Source: Octopus bimaculoides (lineage: Eukaryota). From it: 49,468 bases of DNA. Position 1 is the stretch's first letter. The number at the start of each line of letters is the position of its first letter. The stretch covers positions 108,489,040 to 108,538,507 of the forward strand of contig NC_068982.1 of the NCBI RefSeq assembly GCF_001194135.2. Direction: 5' to 3'. A model generated the notes under the pieces. The model saw nothing but the letters and a program-made list of their open reading frames with translations, was not told where the DNA came from and did not search any database. This document shows, in pieces, positions 23,966 through 36,299 of the stretch. Position numbers and translations under genes: made by a program.

Positions 23966-25926
23966 ATATACATACACACAAACACATATTTGTTTCTGTT
24001 TATCCCCCATACCAGTTGACCACCAGTTTTGGTTTGTCTACATCCCTATTACTTAACAATGCAACAAAAGAGACTGTTAGAATATGCACCAGGCTTTGGG
24101 CTTGATTCATTCAACTTAAAACCATTCATAGCAGTGCCCAACATGGGGTTACAGTCCAATGGTGTGAAGCAAGTAAAAGATAGACATAAGCCATTGTTGT
24201 TTAACTCTAATTTTTTATATCCTATCCCTATTCTTCCTCCTCTTTCTTTCTAAGCCAATACAGAGTTTTATGGTTGATTTCCACTTTGGAAAAAAAAAAA
24301 AAAAAAAACCTCCACTAAGTTAGTATGAGCAAATACAACATAAAACATGGAATTTTTTTGAAAATTTGTTTTATAGTCAGACAACCTTCTTACTATTAAT
24401 GCTAAGCAGAAGTTACCAAATAAGACAATGACAGTAGTTAAAAAGTGATCATTTAAATATATTTATTTTACCCTTGTGTTTCTTCAATTTTAATTTTTAT
24501 ATCAAGTAAAAAAAAAAAGTCATTTGTAACTTTTTATAGTTATTTTGTAATGATGTTACAGTGTGTGCACTTGTTTATGTTTATTTTCTAACTTCATTAA
24601 TATGAACAAACACTACGAGTAGTGTGCGATTTCAGTGTAAATTTCACTGACATCTATCTCATGTTGATAAACTTGTGATAATGCTATCTAATGCATTACA
24701 TGTGTGTGTGTGTGTGTGTATGCACTTTGTCATTTTAGGGATGTTTATTTCTGTCCTATCTTGTTTTGATTTTAATAACCACTTCTAATAGCTCTTCTAA
24801 TTGTTCTAACACACACTTACATATGCATGCATATACATACATTTTCAATTTGATCTTGATTTATCTTTCAAGGTGAGGAATATGAAATTTAGCAGTTAGG
24901 TTAACCCTGTTGCTTACATCTCTGACATCATTATTATTTATAATTATCATTGAAGTTGTTCTTGTTTGTTTCAATATGCAGGCATTATGTTAGGCATACT
25001 TAGAATGTTTCTTTATATACCATTCTCTGGAGATACTGCTACTTATACAAGTATGTTTGTGTACTCTAGTTGATATCTCATCATCATCTATTACATTCCA
25101 TGGGTGCCATAGTAGTCAAGGCTGTCTACTATAAACTGCTTGCTCAACGTTTTCCTTTTTTGTTGTATCTTAGGTATTTACCACGTGAAATCTGTGTGAT
25201 ATTGTTTGTTTGTCTGGCATTTGTCCTTGATTATTTTCTACCCTCCTCTGAGGTATTAGTCTCATTAATTTGTAAATGAAGTGGTGTAAAAGCTGCCACC
25301 TCATACACACTTTCTCTCCCATCTCTGTCTTTTCCTCTTTTCTCCTTCCTATCTCTTTCTTGCCATCCTCTGCCTTTTCCTCTTTTCATACCTCTCTTTC
25401 TTCTATATTCTTTTCTACAATTTTCTCTCACTTTCTCTCCTGCTGAGCCAATACAGTGTTCCCTGGTTTCTTCTCATTTTGCTCAGTCTTGTTGCACAAG
25501 GATATTTTTGTCATTCATTTGACATAGAATTTGTAATTGTTATCTGTTTTGCTTTAAATGATTTTATACTTTTTGTCATTGATTCTTTTCTTCAAAGTTA
25601 TCTACCATTTCAATGTTTATTTCTATGTCTATTGGCCTCTTTGGAAGTTGCAAAACAGTTTCTTGTTTTATATTTTCTACAGTTTTCTTTTATCAGCTTG
25701 TTTCTGTTATCTACTAGATATTTTTAGTCATAAAGGAGTCATTCTATAATAATTTTATGATTGCAGAAAGCTCTTACTATCTATATTTGTGGAAAATAAT
25801 ATGTGGCACATCTTAAATATTTAGTTATGTATATTATAGCTAGTTATTTACCTGGGCATTTAAAGCATTGAAACCATTTTTGATGCCTGTATAATCTTTT
25901 GTAACCTTTTATTAAATATATGAGTG

Positions 25927-26210
25927 TTATGGCCTGGTGGTTAAGGTGTTGCATTCACAATCACGAGAGCATGGTTTCAATTCATAGACCAGGTGGTGTG
26001 TTGTGTTTCAATTCATAGACCAGGTGGTGCGTTGTGTTCTGGAGCAAAACACTTCATCCCATGCTTCTCTGCAATCAGTTCAACACCTGATGTATGGTAC
26101 ACTGCTCAGACAACATTGGTTTGATGGAGAGTGTGAGCTAATGTGTGGCACAAACATTTGATCACTATAAACAAATCATTTGTGTGGGTCGTTCAGCAAA
26201 AGCTGACCTC
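25927..26210 (+). mobile_element. tRNA-derived SINE family C with duplicated B-box segment
   Basis: A box tggcctggtggttaagg, B-box-like ggtttcaattc; 31-bp tandem duplication 25974-26035. Confidence 0.6.
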
Positions 26211-26519
26211 TCCTATGTTGTCTTTGATAGTAGAGTCCATATTTTGTTTAGTTCATTGGGTCTTAAGTAAATCCTTGCTTACTACAGTTTTGATTTTGTC
26301 ACTGTTAAATCATCATAACTTTCCCTTAATTTACACCCTATAAATTAATTGCTACATTTCGAAAAAGGTACACAAATGGCCGCAAGTGACTAGCTGAGCC
26401 ATCCCACCTTTGCTACTATGCCTCTATCTCTTGCCAATCACTTATGGAAACTGAGGTGTTATACAGTTTCCAAGTTACCATGTGTTTTTGAAATCAAAAA
26501 TATTATCAACCCTCACATA

Positions 26520-27133
26520 AACCATATCTAGAAGTGAAAGTGACACCAAATAAAACAAGAAGCAAAGTTATTCTAGGCTTGATCACAGCCAAAACAAAAC
26601 AAAGAATAAAGAGCATGATAATGTGAATGAGTATTGGGATCAATCTAATTTGGTTTCTAAGTATGCAATATATATCATCATCATTTAACTTCCATGTTCC
26701 ATGCTGGCATGGGTTGGACATGGAATCAAATTCTAATAATGGTTGAAATGGAGCATCTATTAATACTTTGTTGGAAGATTGTAATCAGAAGCAAATTAGT
26801 GCTATGCTATCAAGAACTTTTTAACAAAACAATAAAGCATCTCAGTCAAGTTACAAAGCATCAAAAGATGAGGGACCTTCAATTGAAGTTAATCTTATTT
26901 ACAAACAGTGAATCCTAGGGCTTTAAAAGTATGCAACAAACATTGTCTTTCTCATTTGGTGATGAAATTAAAATGCCTGAAAGAATCTTGTTTGAAAGAT
27001 TGGTTCACATTGCCTTTTTGTCCAGAAGTTGAAAGTCATTGCAAGAAAAATGATTTAACTTTCAAAGATATTTTGATTCTTGATAATGCTCTTGGTCACC
27101 TTGATTAATGATTTTTTTAGTAATGCATGGGCT

Positions 27134-27168
<35 letters not shown>

Positions 27169-27650
27169 AGTTAAATATGACATGATTGTTACTGCTCATA
27201 AACTAGGAAACAATAGCTCCATTCAAGGTCTATTATATTTAAAAGAACTTTTTCACTGCCAATTAATGTTATAACTAGAGAAAATGCTGTTACTTGTCTG
27301 GAATTTTGGGGAAAAAAATTAACATTTGAAAAGCAATTGAAAATAATGAGCCAGGGGAAGATGTGACGGCACTTTTGCAGAATCTTTTATTCAAGTGTGC
27401 AAATGATTTTAGTTGCTTAAAAAATTCAATAAGTAAAATCATTAATGGAACTAGAAACATTGGAAGAGACTCTAGCTTCAAGGGTGTTGATTCAGGAAAT
27501 GCTTGTGGATTATTGACTTCACATTTCAAAGATTTAAGTAACAATGATTTTATTGAAATCAAGCATCATTAGGTATATGAAAAACAAGAAAGAAAGGAAC
27601 GTGAAGAAACAAAAATGTCTCAAAGGAAATAACAGTAAAAGTATTTGAAT
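26520..27650 (+). mobile_element. Tigger/pogo (DDE_1) DNA transposon remnant
   Basis: EMEHLLIL (CENP-B-type HTH region), YKASKD, NPRALK..DWF..FCPEVESHCKKNDLTFKDILILDNALGH and LLTSHFKDLSNNDFIE; frameshifted; small RTE tail fragment at 26674-26720. Confidence 0.8.
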
Positions 27651-27799
27651 TTGTTTTTGAGGTGCTGGGTTGAGCAGATATTGTCAGCTAAAGAGTAATT
27701 AACAATTTTCCTGGATTAATTAGGATTATTCTCATTGGTTATTAAATTTAATTAATATAGTTTTGATATATGCAGAAACAATACTCTTTTACTCTCTCT

Positions 27800-28190
27800 T
27801 TTTACTCTTTTACTTGTTTCAGTCATTTGACTGCGGCCATGCTGGAGCACCGCCTTTTAGTCGTGCAAATCGACCCCAGGACTTATTCTTTGGAAGCCTA
27901 GTACTTATTCTATCGATCTCTTTTGGCGAACCGCTAAGATACGGGGACGAAAACACACCAGCATCGGTTGTCAAGTGATGTTGGGGGGGGGGACAAACAC
28001 ACACACACACACACACATACATATATACAACGGGCTTCTTTCAGTTTCCATCTACCAAATCCACTCACAAGGTTTTGGTCGGCCCGAGGCTATAGTAGAA
28101 GACACTTGCCCAACGTGTCACGCAGTGGGAATGAACCTGGAACCATGTGGTTGGTAAGCAAGCTACTTACCACACAGACACTCCTGCGCC
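27800..28190 (-). mobile_element. Full-length tRNA-derived SINE family A
   Basis: Reverse complement begins ggcgcaggagtgtctgtgtggtaag; internal (CA)n; CpG-rich; tail (ttttac)n on the + strand. Confidence 0.92.
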
Positions 28191-30680
28191 TATAGTAGAT
28201 TAATTAATTGTGTATTTGTTGGTCCATGGTTTAATTTTCTTATTGCTGTTTCTTGAAGACATAATTGGACACTGAATTTTCCTCAGTCATAAGGGTCAAG
28301 GAGCTTTGCATATTTCTCTTGTCTAAGTTTTCATATTGATGCAAAAGGATGTTATACATCTTGCAGTTATCAATACATAAGGGAAGCTTAATTTCTATTC
28401 GACAGCACTTGTGAATGTTCCTCTTTTGATAGGTTTTTATATTTTTCTGGTCATATCATTTAAATGTGTGTATTTACTTGCCATTTGCTCTGATATATCT
28501 CATATACCTGCTTAATGGTGCCATCTTGCCTACATCTGATGTTTCTAAAATCTGTGAGAGGGAGACACATTCGAATATGGTAACCAACACATGCTATGCT
28601 CATATTTTTTTTTTCTTTTTGCAGCTTTATTAATGTTTTTGCTGATCTGTAACTATCTTTTCTCCTATTTTCTGTTTCCTCTTTTCACAGTTGTTTTCTT
28701 AGTGAGGATTTAAATTTATAAGGATTATTATAACTACCACATAGAATGTTGACAAATAGGTTATGAGTTTGTAGTTTCAATAATTGTGTGTTTTTGTTAT
28801 CTTGAAGTTTAATAATTTTCTTTCATTATACCAAATTATTGCTGAGCCTTAGATATTGGCTATAATATTACTACGTCTGCACCTTTATATTTTATGTTTA
28901 TATTGTGTTGCTGAAAAATTAATAAAAGTTAATTTGTAACAGTTACTTTTATTTTGTTCACTGTAGTCAGAACACATCCAATCCATGGCAGCATGGAAAA
29001 AGTGGACATTAAAATTATGACAGCTGCTAAAGATTTTTGGTGCTTGGAAAATGTAATTCCTGAGATGAGGAATAGACTGCTGCAGTGCTTTATATTTTGA
29101 TTCAGACTGTATTTTTCTTACAGTCAGAGATTACTAGGAGGACCACTGTTTCCATGCTCTATATCTTAAATAGATATTTTTCAATTTCTTTGGATACATT
29201 TCTGTTTTAGACATGATTAAGTAAATATAAAAATAGATATTTCATTTCTTTTAATTTCAGGCTGCATATGATTGGTTGGCCAATGCTTCCCTGTCATCAG
29301 GCTATGCTATCTCTTGCAAGTATATTGCTATATTGCTGGGAACAGTGTACATATTCCATCATTGCAGCTCTGTTGTGTATCTTTTTTATTCTTTATATCA
29401 AAAGTGAAGCGATTGCTTCTGCTTTGTAGTTCAATCCCTTAGGTTAATTTTCAGGCCCAGTTGGTTAAAAATAGGAGCCAGACCCTACTCTTTCTTATTT
29501 CAGTTTCCATCTTTATGCTTGTATTTTTCCTTTTTGCAAATATTACAATTGGTGAAGAAAAATATTCATATATTTCTTTTCTCTATATTGTCCGATTTGA
29601 GATAAGGTATATTTTCTACTTGTTTACAATATTGATTTATAAAAAGTGTTCATTTTTGTTTGCATTTGGTGGCACAATATTTTAATATCTATCTCTTGAT
29701 GAATTCTCCACATAGTACAATATTTTGGGTACATGTTTTTCATTTTATAGGAAGGAGTTAATTGAGTGTGGGAAGAATCCCTGTTGTATGAATATAGGAA
29801 GAATCCCTGTTGTATGAATATAGGAAGAAGAAATGAGAACTTGAGGGAAATCATGTATGATACAAATGTTATTGATATTGTGAGCAGGTTGGTGAATTGA
29901 GAGAAACAGTAAAGTAAGGGCTAGATTAAATGGCTTACAGTATTTATATTCCGAGTTCAAATTCCATTGTCATAAACTTTAACTTTTACCCAACACACCA
30001 GTTATGTACTGGCTTGATTTAATTAACTATATTTCTTCTACAAATATGTGGTTTCATGCCAATATCAGAAATCATTATTACTAGTGATGGTGTTAGTAGT
30101 AAATGTATTGGCTGCTAAACTTCTTAGTTTTCAGAACCTGAAATTCAAATCTTGTCCAACAAGAATTTAAAATAAATGTGATTACATTAACTTAATCTTG
30201 TTATTCATATTTCTCATATTAGAAAGGCTTGAAGAGGCTAAAGGTACTACCCTTCTTCCACAAACTACCAAACTAATGAAAAGAAAAAAAAAAAAATGAA
30301 AAATGTATGTACGTAATACATATTTCAGCTCTGAAATGAGCAGTCAACTGTAAATTAATCATTTCCACAAATATATAAAGACGTTCTTTTGTTCTTCAAA
30401 TAGGTTTTGTGACTCTTTCCTTCATTGCCAAGAATTCTGAACCTTGACCACTGTGGCACTTGGTCTATTAATATTTGTAATTTATTTTCATCATTAATGT
30501 CTAGAACCTATGTAGAATCTTTTTTCTATTTCCCACATGTGGATGCCAGCTTTTGATGTAAGCTTATTGGAATTTCTCTTGCCATATATATTTTTATAGT
30601 CTGAGGTCATAAACTTTTATTCATTCCTTTCCATTCCTTTTGTTAATATACCCAAAGTACTTATTTGAATTAACAGCATA

Positions 30681-31861
30681 TCTCTCTCTACACTCTCTCT
30701 CTCTCCCCCTCTACTCTCTCTCTCTCTCTCCCCCTCTACTCTCTCTCTCTCTNNNNNNNNNNNNNNNNNNNNNNNNNNNNNNNNNNNNNNNNNNNNNNNN
30801 NNNNNNNNNNNNNNNNNNNNNNNNNNNNNNNNNNNNNNNNNNNNNNNNNNNNNNNNNNNNNNNNNNNNNNNNNNNNNNNNNNNNNNNNNNNNNNNNNNNN
30901 NNNNNNNNNNNNNNNNNNNNNNNNNNNNNNNNNNNNNNNNNNNNNNNNNNNNNNNNNNNNNNNNNNNNNNNNNNNNNNNNNNNNNNNNNNNNNNNNNNNC
31001 TCTCTCTTCTCTCCCTCTACTCTCTCTTCTCTCCCTCTACTCTCTCTTCTCTCCCTCTACTCTCTCTTCTCTCCCTCTACTCTCTCTTCTCTCCCTCTAC
31101 TCTCTCTCTCTCTCTCTTCCTTCCCTCTACTCTCTTTCCCTCTACTCTCTCTCTACTTCTACACTCTCTCTACTTCTACACTCTCTCTCCCTCTACTCTC
31201 TCCCCCTCTACTTCCTCTACTCCCTCTACTCTCTCTCCCCTCTTTACTCTTTCTTCTCTCTCTCTTTCTCCTCTCTCTCTCTCTCTCTTTCTCCTCTCTC
31301 TCTCTCTCTCTTTCTCCTCTCTCTCTCTCTTTCTCCTCTCTCTCTCTCTTTCTCCTCTCTCTCTCTCTTTCTCCTCTCTCTCTCTCTTTCTCCTCTCTCT
31401 CTCTCTTTCTCCTCTCTCTCTTTCTTTCTCCTCTCTCTCTTTCTTTCTCCTCTCTCTCTCTTTCTTTCTCCTCTCTCTTTTTCTCCTCTCTCTCTTTCTC
31501 CTCTCTCTCTCCTCTCTCGCTTTCTCCTCTCTTTCTCCTCTCTCTCTCTCTTTCTCCTCTCTCTCTCTTTCTCCTCTCTCTCTCTCTTTCTCCTCTCTCT
31601 CTTTCTCTCCTCTCTCTCTCTTTCTCCTCTCTCTCTTTCTCTCCTCTCTCTCTTTCTCTCCTCTCTCTCTTTCTCCTCTCTCTCTCTTTCTCCTCTCTCT
31701 CTCCTCTCTCTCTCTCTTTCTCCTCTCTCTCTCTCTTTCTCCTCTCTCTCTCTCTTTCTCCTCTCTCTCTCTCTTTACTCTCTACTCTCTCTCCTCTCTC
31801 TACTCTCTCCTCTCTCTACTCTCTCCTCTCTCCCCTCTCTCTACTCTCCTATCTCTCCCTC
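30681..31861. repeat. ~1.2-kb pyrimidine/purine low-complexity tract (CT-rich, gap inside)
   Basis: 20-bp unit tctctcttctctccctctac repeated at 31001-31090, then ttctcct(ct)n units. Confidence 0.95.
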
Positions 31862-32514
31862 ACACATACATACACACACACAGTTTTTTGCAGAAATTTT
31901 CCCTTGCCTTTTGTCACAAAGAAACTGATGAGTATACATTAGATCTGACTTCACTGAATCTCTGTAGGATATTACATGATGTTCTTTGTCGATTTATCTG
32001 ATGTAGCATAGTAAAATAATATCAGAATAAGGGACAGCTATTAGGAATTAATTGGCTATCATCTGCTGGGCTTCTAATATGAGTATGAAATCATACATTA
32101 GTTGAAAAAGTGGTTGTATGTATGCCATAGGCAGTGTGTGTATGAATAAAAATTTATTACCAAAAAAACCGCTGACGATATGCTACATGTTTATCATGCA
32201 ATAGTAATTGTTATACTGCTCCTTACACTGTTAGTTTTGTTGTGCCAGGAGTTTTTAACCATCTAGTTTGGAGGGAAGGGCATTGCCCATGGCTTCCAAA
32301 ACTGATTGAAAGAAAGGAGGAAATTATCCTCAAACTGAGGACTGAGGATTTGAATGTTCAAAACAGAGTACACTCTACTAAACATACTCAAAAACCAGGT
32401 AGAGGCAACAGATTAAGTCTACCATTCAAGAACTCCTAAGGCAAAAGACTTGAACAAATACCACAAGGCATCTCATCTGTTGCTCTAACAACTCTGCTAA
32501 GCCATGACCCTGTT

Positions 32515-32610
32515 TTATTGGCCAGAATGAATGAAGGGCAAAGTTGGCATCAGTAGGGTTTGAACTCAGAGTGCAGTGAACCAGAACAAATACCACTAGT
32601 CATTTTATCC
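32515..32610 (-). mobile_element. SINE family B fragment
   Basis: gaatgaagggcaaagttggc..gggtttgaactcagag. Confidence 0.5.
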
Positions 32611-32754
32611 TCTGTTTTGAGTCTTTCTTTCAGTTATAGTAAGACACTTCTGCTTGTTTTTCTATTTCTTTAGCCGTCAAGACTTAATGTAAAGCTACCT
32701 AACCCTCTCAAATATATTACCACTCAGTCCAAGGAGTTTCTTCTTTTTCCTTTC

Positions 32755-32975
32755 TTTACTTTGTCTTACAATTTACTTGGCAGCTCCACTAGTGCTAGTA
32801 CTATGGAAAAGGCACCCATTATATGGTAAAGTAGGTGGTGTTAGGAAGAGTATCCAGCCATAGAAAATACCAAAGCTGACATTTGGGCCTGATGCAGTTC
32901 TGTGGCTTGTCAGACTCAGTCAGACCATCCAATTCATGCTTGCATGGGAAACAAACCTTAAAGGATGGTCGTGAT
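32755..32975 (+). mobile_element. Old RTE-tail element
   Basis: aaggcaccc..ggtggtgttaggaagagtatccagccatagaaa..ccaattcatgcttgcatgg. Confidence 0.65.
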
Positions 32976-33340
32976 GTAGTGTAGAGTTTCAATTATTGCA
33001 TTATTTATATGATACATTGTTCAAGTTGTTTATTCTTTAAAGCATACACATGTATCACTTTTCCATTTATTCATTCAGGCTAATATGGGTTGGATAGTTC
33101 TGAAAAGTTTTGGAAACATGCAGGTAACATGTATTAAGTGGAGTAAATTTTAAATTCAGCAAATATACTAAATCACTATTAAATAATTCTTAGGAGGGAA
33201 TTGATCCTCTGTATCTGTAGTAGTTATAGTTTGGCTATATAATATGGAAACATACTAGCCTTTTCCCCTCTGTATTATTTTCTTTTGTGCATTTTATTAA
33301 AAAAAACTTTAAGCAAACCTTTTGAAAGATGAAACTTGTA

Positions 33341-33773
33341 CATCATCATCATCATCATCATCGTTTAACGTCCGCTTTCCATGCTAGCATGGGTTGGACG
33401 ATTTGACTGAGGACTGGTGAAACCGGATGGTAACACCAGGCTCCAGTCTAATTTGGCAGAGTTTCTACAGCTGGATGCCCTTCCTAACGCCATCCACTCA
33501 GAGAGTGTAGTGGGTGCTTTTACGTGTCACCCGCACGAAAACGGCCACGCTCGTAATGGTGTCTTTTATGTGCCACCCGCACAAGCCAGTCCAGGGGCAC
33601 TGGCAACGATCTCACTCGAAAATCCTACGGGAGCCAGTCAGGCGGTACTGGCAACGGCCACGCTCAAAATGGTGCATCTCATGTGCCACCCGCACAAGAA
33701 CCAGTCCAGGGCACTGGCAACGATCTTACTTGGCTTGCCGGGTCTTCTCACGCACAGCACATTTCCAAAGGTC
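33341..33773 (-). mobile_element. Young 5'-truncated RTE LINE 3' end
   Basis: (CAT)n tail, CpG-intact 3'UTR modules, ORF-end ggtcttctcacgcacagcacatttccaaaggtc; 4 mismatches over ~215 bp versus 13118-13340. Confidence 0.92.
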
Positions 33774-33927
33774 TATATAAATTAATCTTTTATTTGATTT
33801 TCCTTTGTTTCATTCAGTAAGTTCTACCAATTATATACTCATGCATGCATACGTACATACATACAAACAAACAAACAATTACATATTTTATGTTTGCAAA
33901 CAATACTGACAAGTGGGCCACTGCTAT

Positions 33928-33961
<34 letters not shown>

Positions 33962-34296
33962 CAATATTTCAGCTGTGAAAATGCTTGTTTACACGTAATG
34001 TTTACAAAGCTTGTAAATTCTACTCAAAAACTTATTTACACAAGGTACTGAATGCAAAAAGTTTGTTAATAATTATGTCATTTTGTTGAGGAACAACTCT
34101 AAAATAAAGGGATTATTAAAAAATAAACCATATTTACTGAAATTCTTAATGCAATCACTAAATGCATGTGATAATTTTTAAGCTATTAGTCAAACTTTTC
34201 ATCCTTCTGACCTTAATTTTGTGGTATGAAATTATTAAATGTAAGATGGCAAAAAGCTAAGACAGTTTTTCATGTAATTTATTTTTATCTTTTCAG

Positions 34297-34413
34297 CCGC
34301 ATCCATTTGATGAATGTCGTTTTGACGTCAGCGTCAATGATAATGTATGGTATCTTCGTGCCAAAGATGTTGAAGAAAGGAAATTGTGGGTTGGTTCTAT
34401 AGAATTACACAAG
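34297..34413 (+). CDS. CERT1: Internal coding exon of ceramide transfer protein (CERT/COL4A3BP), C-terminal half of the PH domain
   Basis: Acceptor ttttatcttttcag and donor aag|gttagt; 117 nt, phase 0/0. Encodes [39 protein letters not shown], 26/39 identical to the human CERT1 segment as I recall it ([39 protein letters not shown]). Confidence 0.93.
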
Positions 34414-34669
34414 GTTAGTGTTTGCCCTCCCATCCTTTTAATGTTTTTAACCCGTTCCAATGTGACTTGTGTGTAAAGATAAAGTGAATATCTGTATATT
34501 TAAGACACTTTTATACTCACAAAACCTACCAGAAGAGAACATTGAAATATGTTCAATGACAATTTCTGTTATACTTTATATTTGCATTCTCCTCTTCAGC
34601 AAGAAGTCTGTTCCTGTCCCCCTATCAAACTTTTACCTCTTTCAATACTATACCGCACTCAGTTGAAGA

Positions 34670-34870
34670 GTACTTGGTCTTCCGAGTACTTGGTGGCACT
34701 AGTTCTAGTGCCATAAAAAAAAAAGTACCCAGTACACTCTAGACATTAGGAAGTGCATCCAGCTGTAGGAACCATGCTAAAGCAGACATTAGAGCTTGGC
34801 ACAGTCCTTTGGCTTGTCAGTTCCTGTTGATCCATTCAACCCATGACAGCATGGAAAAAAGGATGTTAAA
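34670..34870 (+). mobile_element. Old RTE-tail element
   Basis: gtacccagtacactc..taggaagtgcatccagctgtagg..ttcaacccatgacagcatggaaaa..gttaaa. Confidence 0.7.
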
Positions 34871-35501
34871 TATCGCACAAAATTTTGTTCTAAATCTCTT
34901 ATCGTAGTTTTATCAATTAATTTACCATTTTATTTAAATTGGGTTTTATAAAAATATTCTAATAATTCTGAAGCTTATTTACTGCTTAATAGAGGATCTC
35001 CAAATTTGCAATGTATCAAAAGAAATAGAATGATGTTCTTAGAAACTAACTGTTATGTATATAGAAGTGCTGCTTGTCTGAACAGTTAATGTTGCTTTAA
35101 TCTCTTTGATATTGCAAGCATTTTTTTTTTTCACTTTTTATTTTACACTATTTGTTTTTATGAAGATTTGTTTTCTTCATTTTACTAATTGCATTGCTTC
35201 TTTTCTAACATTAGCCTTTAATTTCCTCCATTTCTTTCACTAAATGCTTCTCATTTTCTCACTTTTTACTCTGTGTTGTCTTCTTCTTGTTGGATTTTTT
35301 TTCTTGAGTCTTTTATTTTAATATTTCTACAGAAGCTATTATTTTACTTGTGTAATTAGTATTTGTAATAACAATGGTTTTCATTGTTGGAACAAAAATA
35401 GTTTGTTTTCTATAATCTTGCTAACAGTAAATAAACAGTTTTATTGTTTTTCTTTTGTTGTTCACTGTCTCGGAAAATTTTGTGGGTTAGAGTAATGGAT
35501 T

Positions 35502-35715
35502 ATCATCATCACCCTTTTACTTTTCCTTATTGACTTGGGTGAGACAGGTCTTCACAATTCAAGTCAGTTCTTACTTAGGCAGGTTGGGGTCATGTTTTGC
35601 TTGTATGTTCCATTTTTGGCATGGTTTCTATGGCTGGATGACTCCACCCCCAACTTATTGCCAGTCATTTTACAGAGTGCACTGGGTGCATTGTATTATG
35701 GTGTCTTGTCTCCAG
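35502..35715 (-). mobile_element. Old RTE-tail element
   Basis: atcatcatc tail; tttctatggctggatg..cagagtgcactgggtgc. Confidence 0.6.
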
Positions 35716-36299
35716 AAAGACTGAAAAGTTCCCTCTACCCTATTTTATCTCTGACATTCACTAATTACTTCACATCACATAGTTTATTGAGTGGCACTAG
35801 CATTAAAGAGTTTGTCTTCTCCCCATCAAGATGCCCTTCTCTGTTGCATTGTCTCTGTTCATTTGTTCACCAGCACTGGAAGGTTGTCTTGTAACTCAAA
35901 AGACTAAAGAGTCTTCTTTGTTCAGTATTGTCTGTGTACATTCATTTCTTTCTAACTAGAGTGAGATGGTGATAGAGAAGAGATTAAAGGATGGGGTGGG
36001 GAGAGAGAGAGAGACAGACAAACAGTTGTTGGTTAAGTTAACAAATAGAGAGTAGGTTAGTACTAAAGAAGGGATTCAATGTGTATCTGTCAAATGCATT
36101 GGAATTTCTTGTTACACAGGTGTGTCGGGTGAGATAGTGAGAGCAGGGAGTCATTGTTTGGATGTGGGGTGAGTGATCAGTAAGAAAGTAACAGTGGTTG
36201 GGGAGTGGTTTTCGAAGATTTAATATATCAGAAGGGATCCAAATGTAAATATTATACATCCCATTTTCCATTCGCATTTTAAATCTCTTTCATACTTGA

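Noticed and set aside
29261-29428. Good acceptor followed by a hydrophobic ~55-codon frame (LHMIGWPMLPCHQAMLSLASILL...)
   Set aside because: No recognisable homology and no phase-compatible strong donor; hydrophobic frames are expected in T-rich DNA.
29771-29829. 26-bp tandem duplication containing atccctgttg, like the 31-bp satellite core
   Set aside because: Only ~10 bp is shared and there is no hairpin arm; consistent with chance.
33079-33123. AG/GT-bounded 45-nt frame ANMGWIVLKSFGNMQ resembling CERT WVVLK
   Set aside because: It lacks the WTNYIHGWQ and GCRG motifs, and its core atgggttggatag matches the reverse RTE tail motif gcatgggttggac, so it is more likely a repeat remnant.
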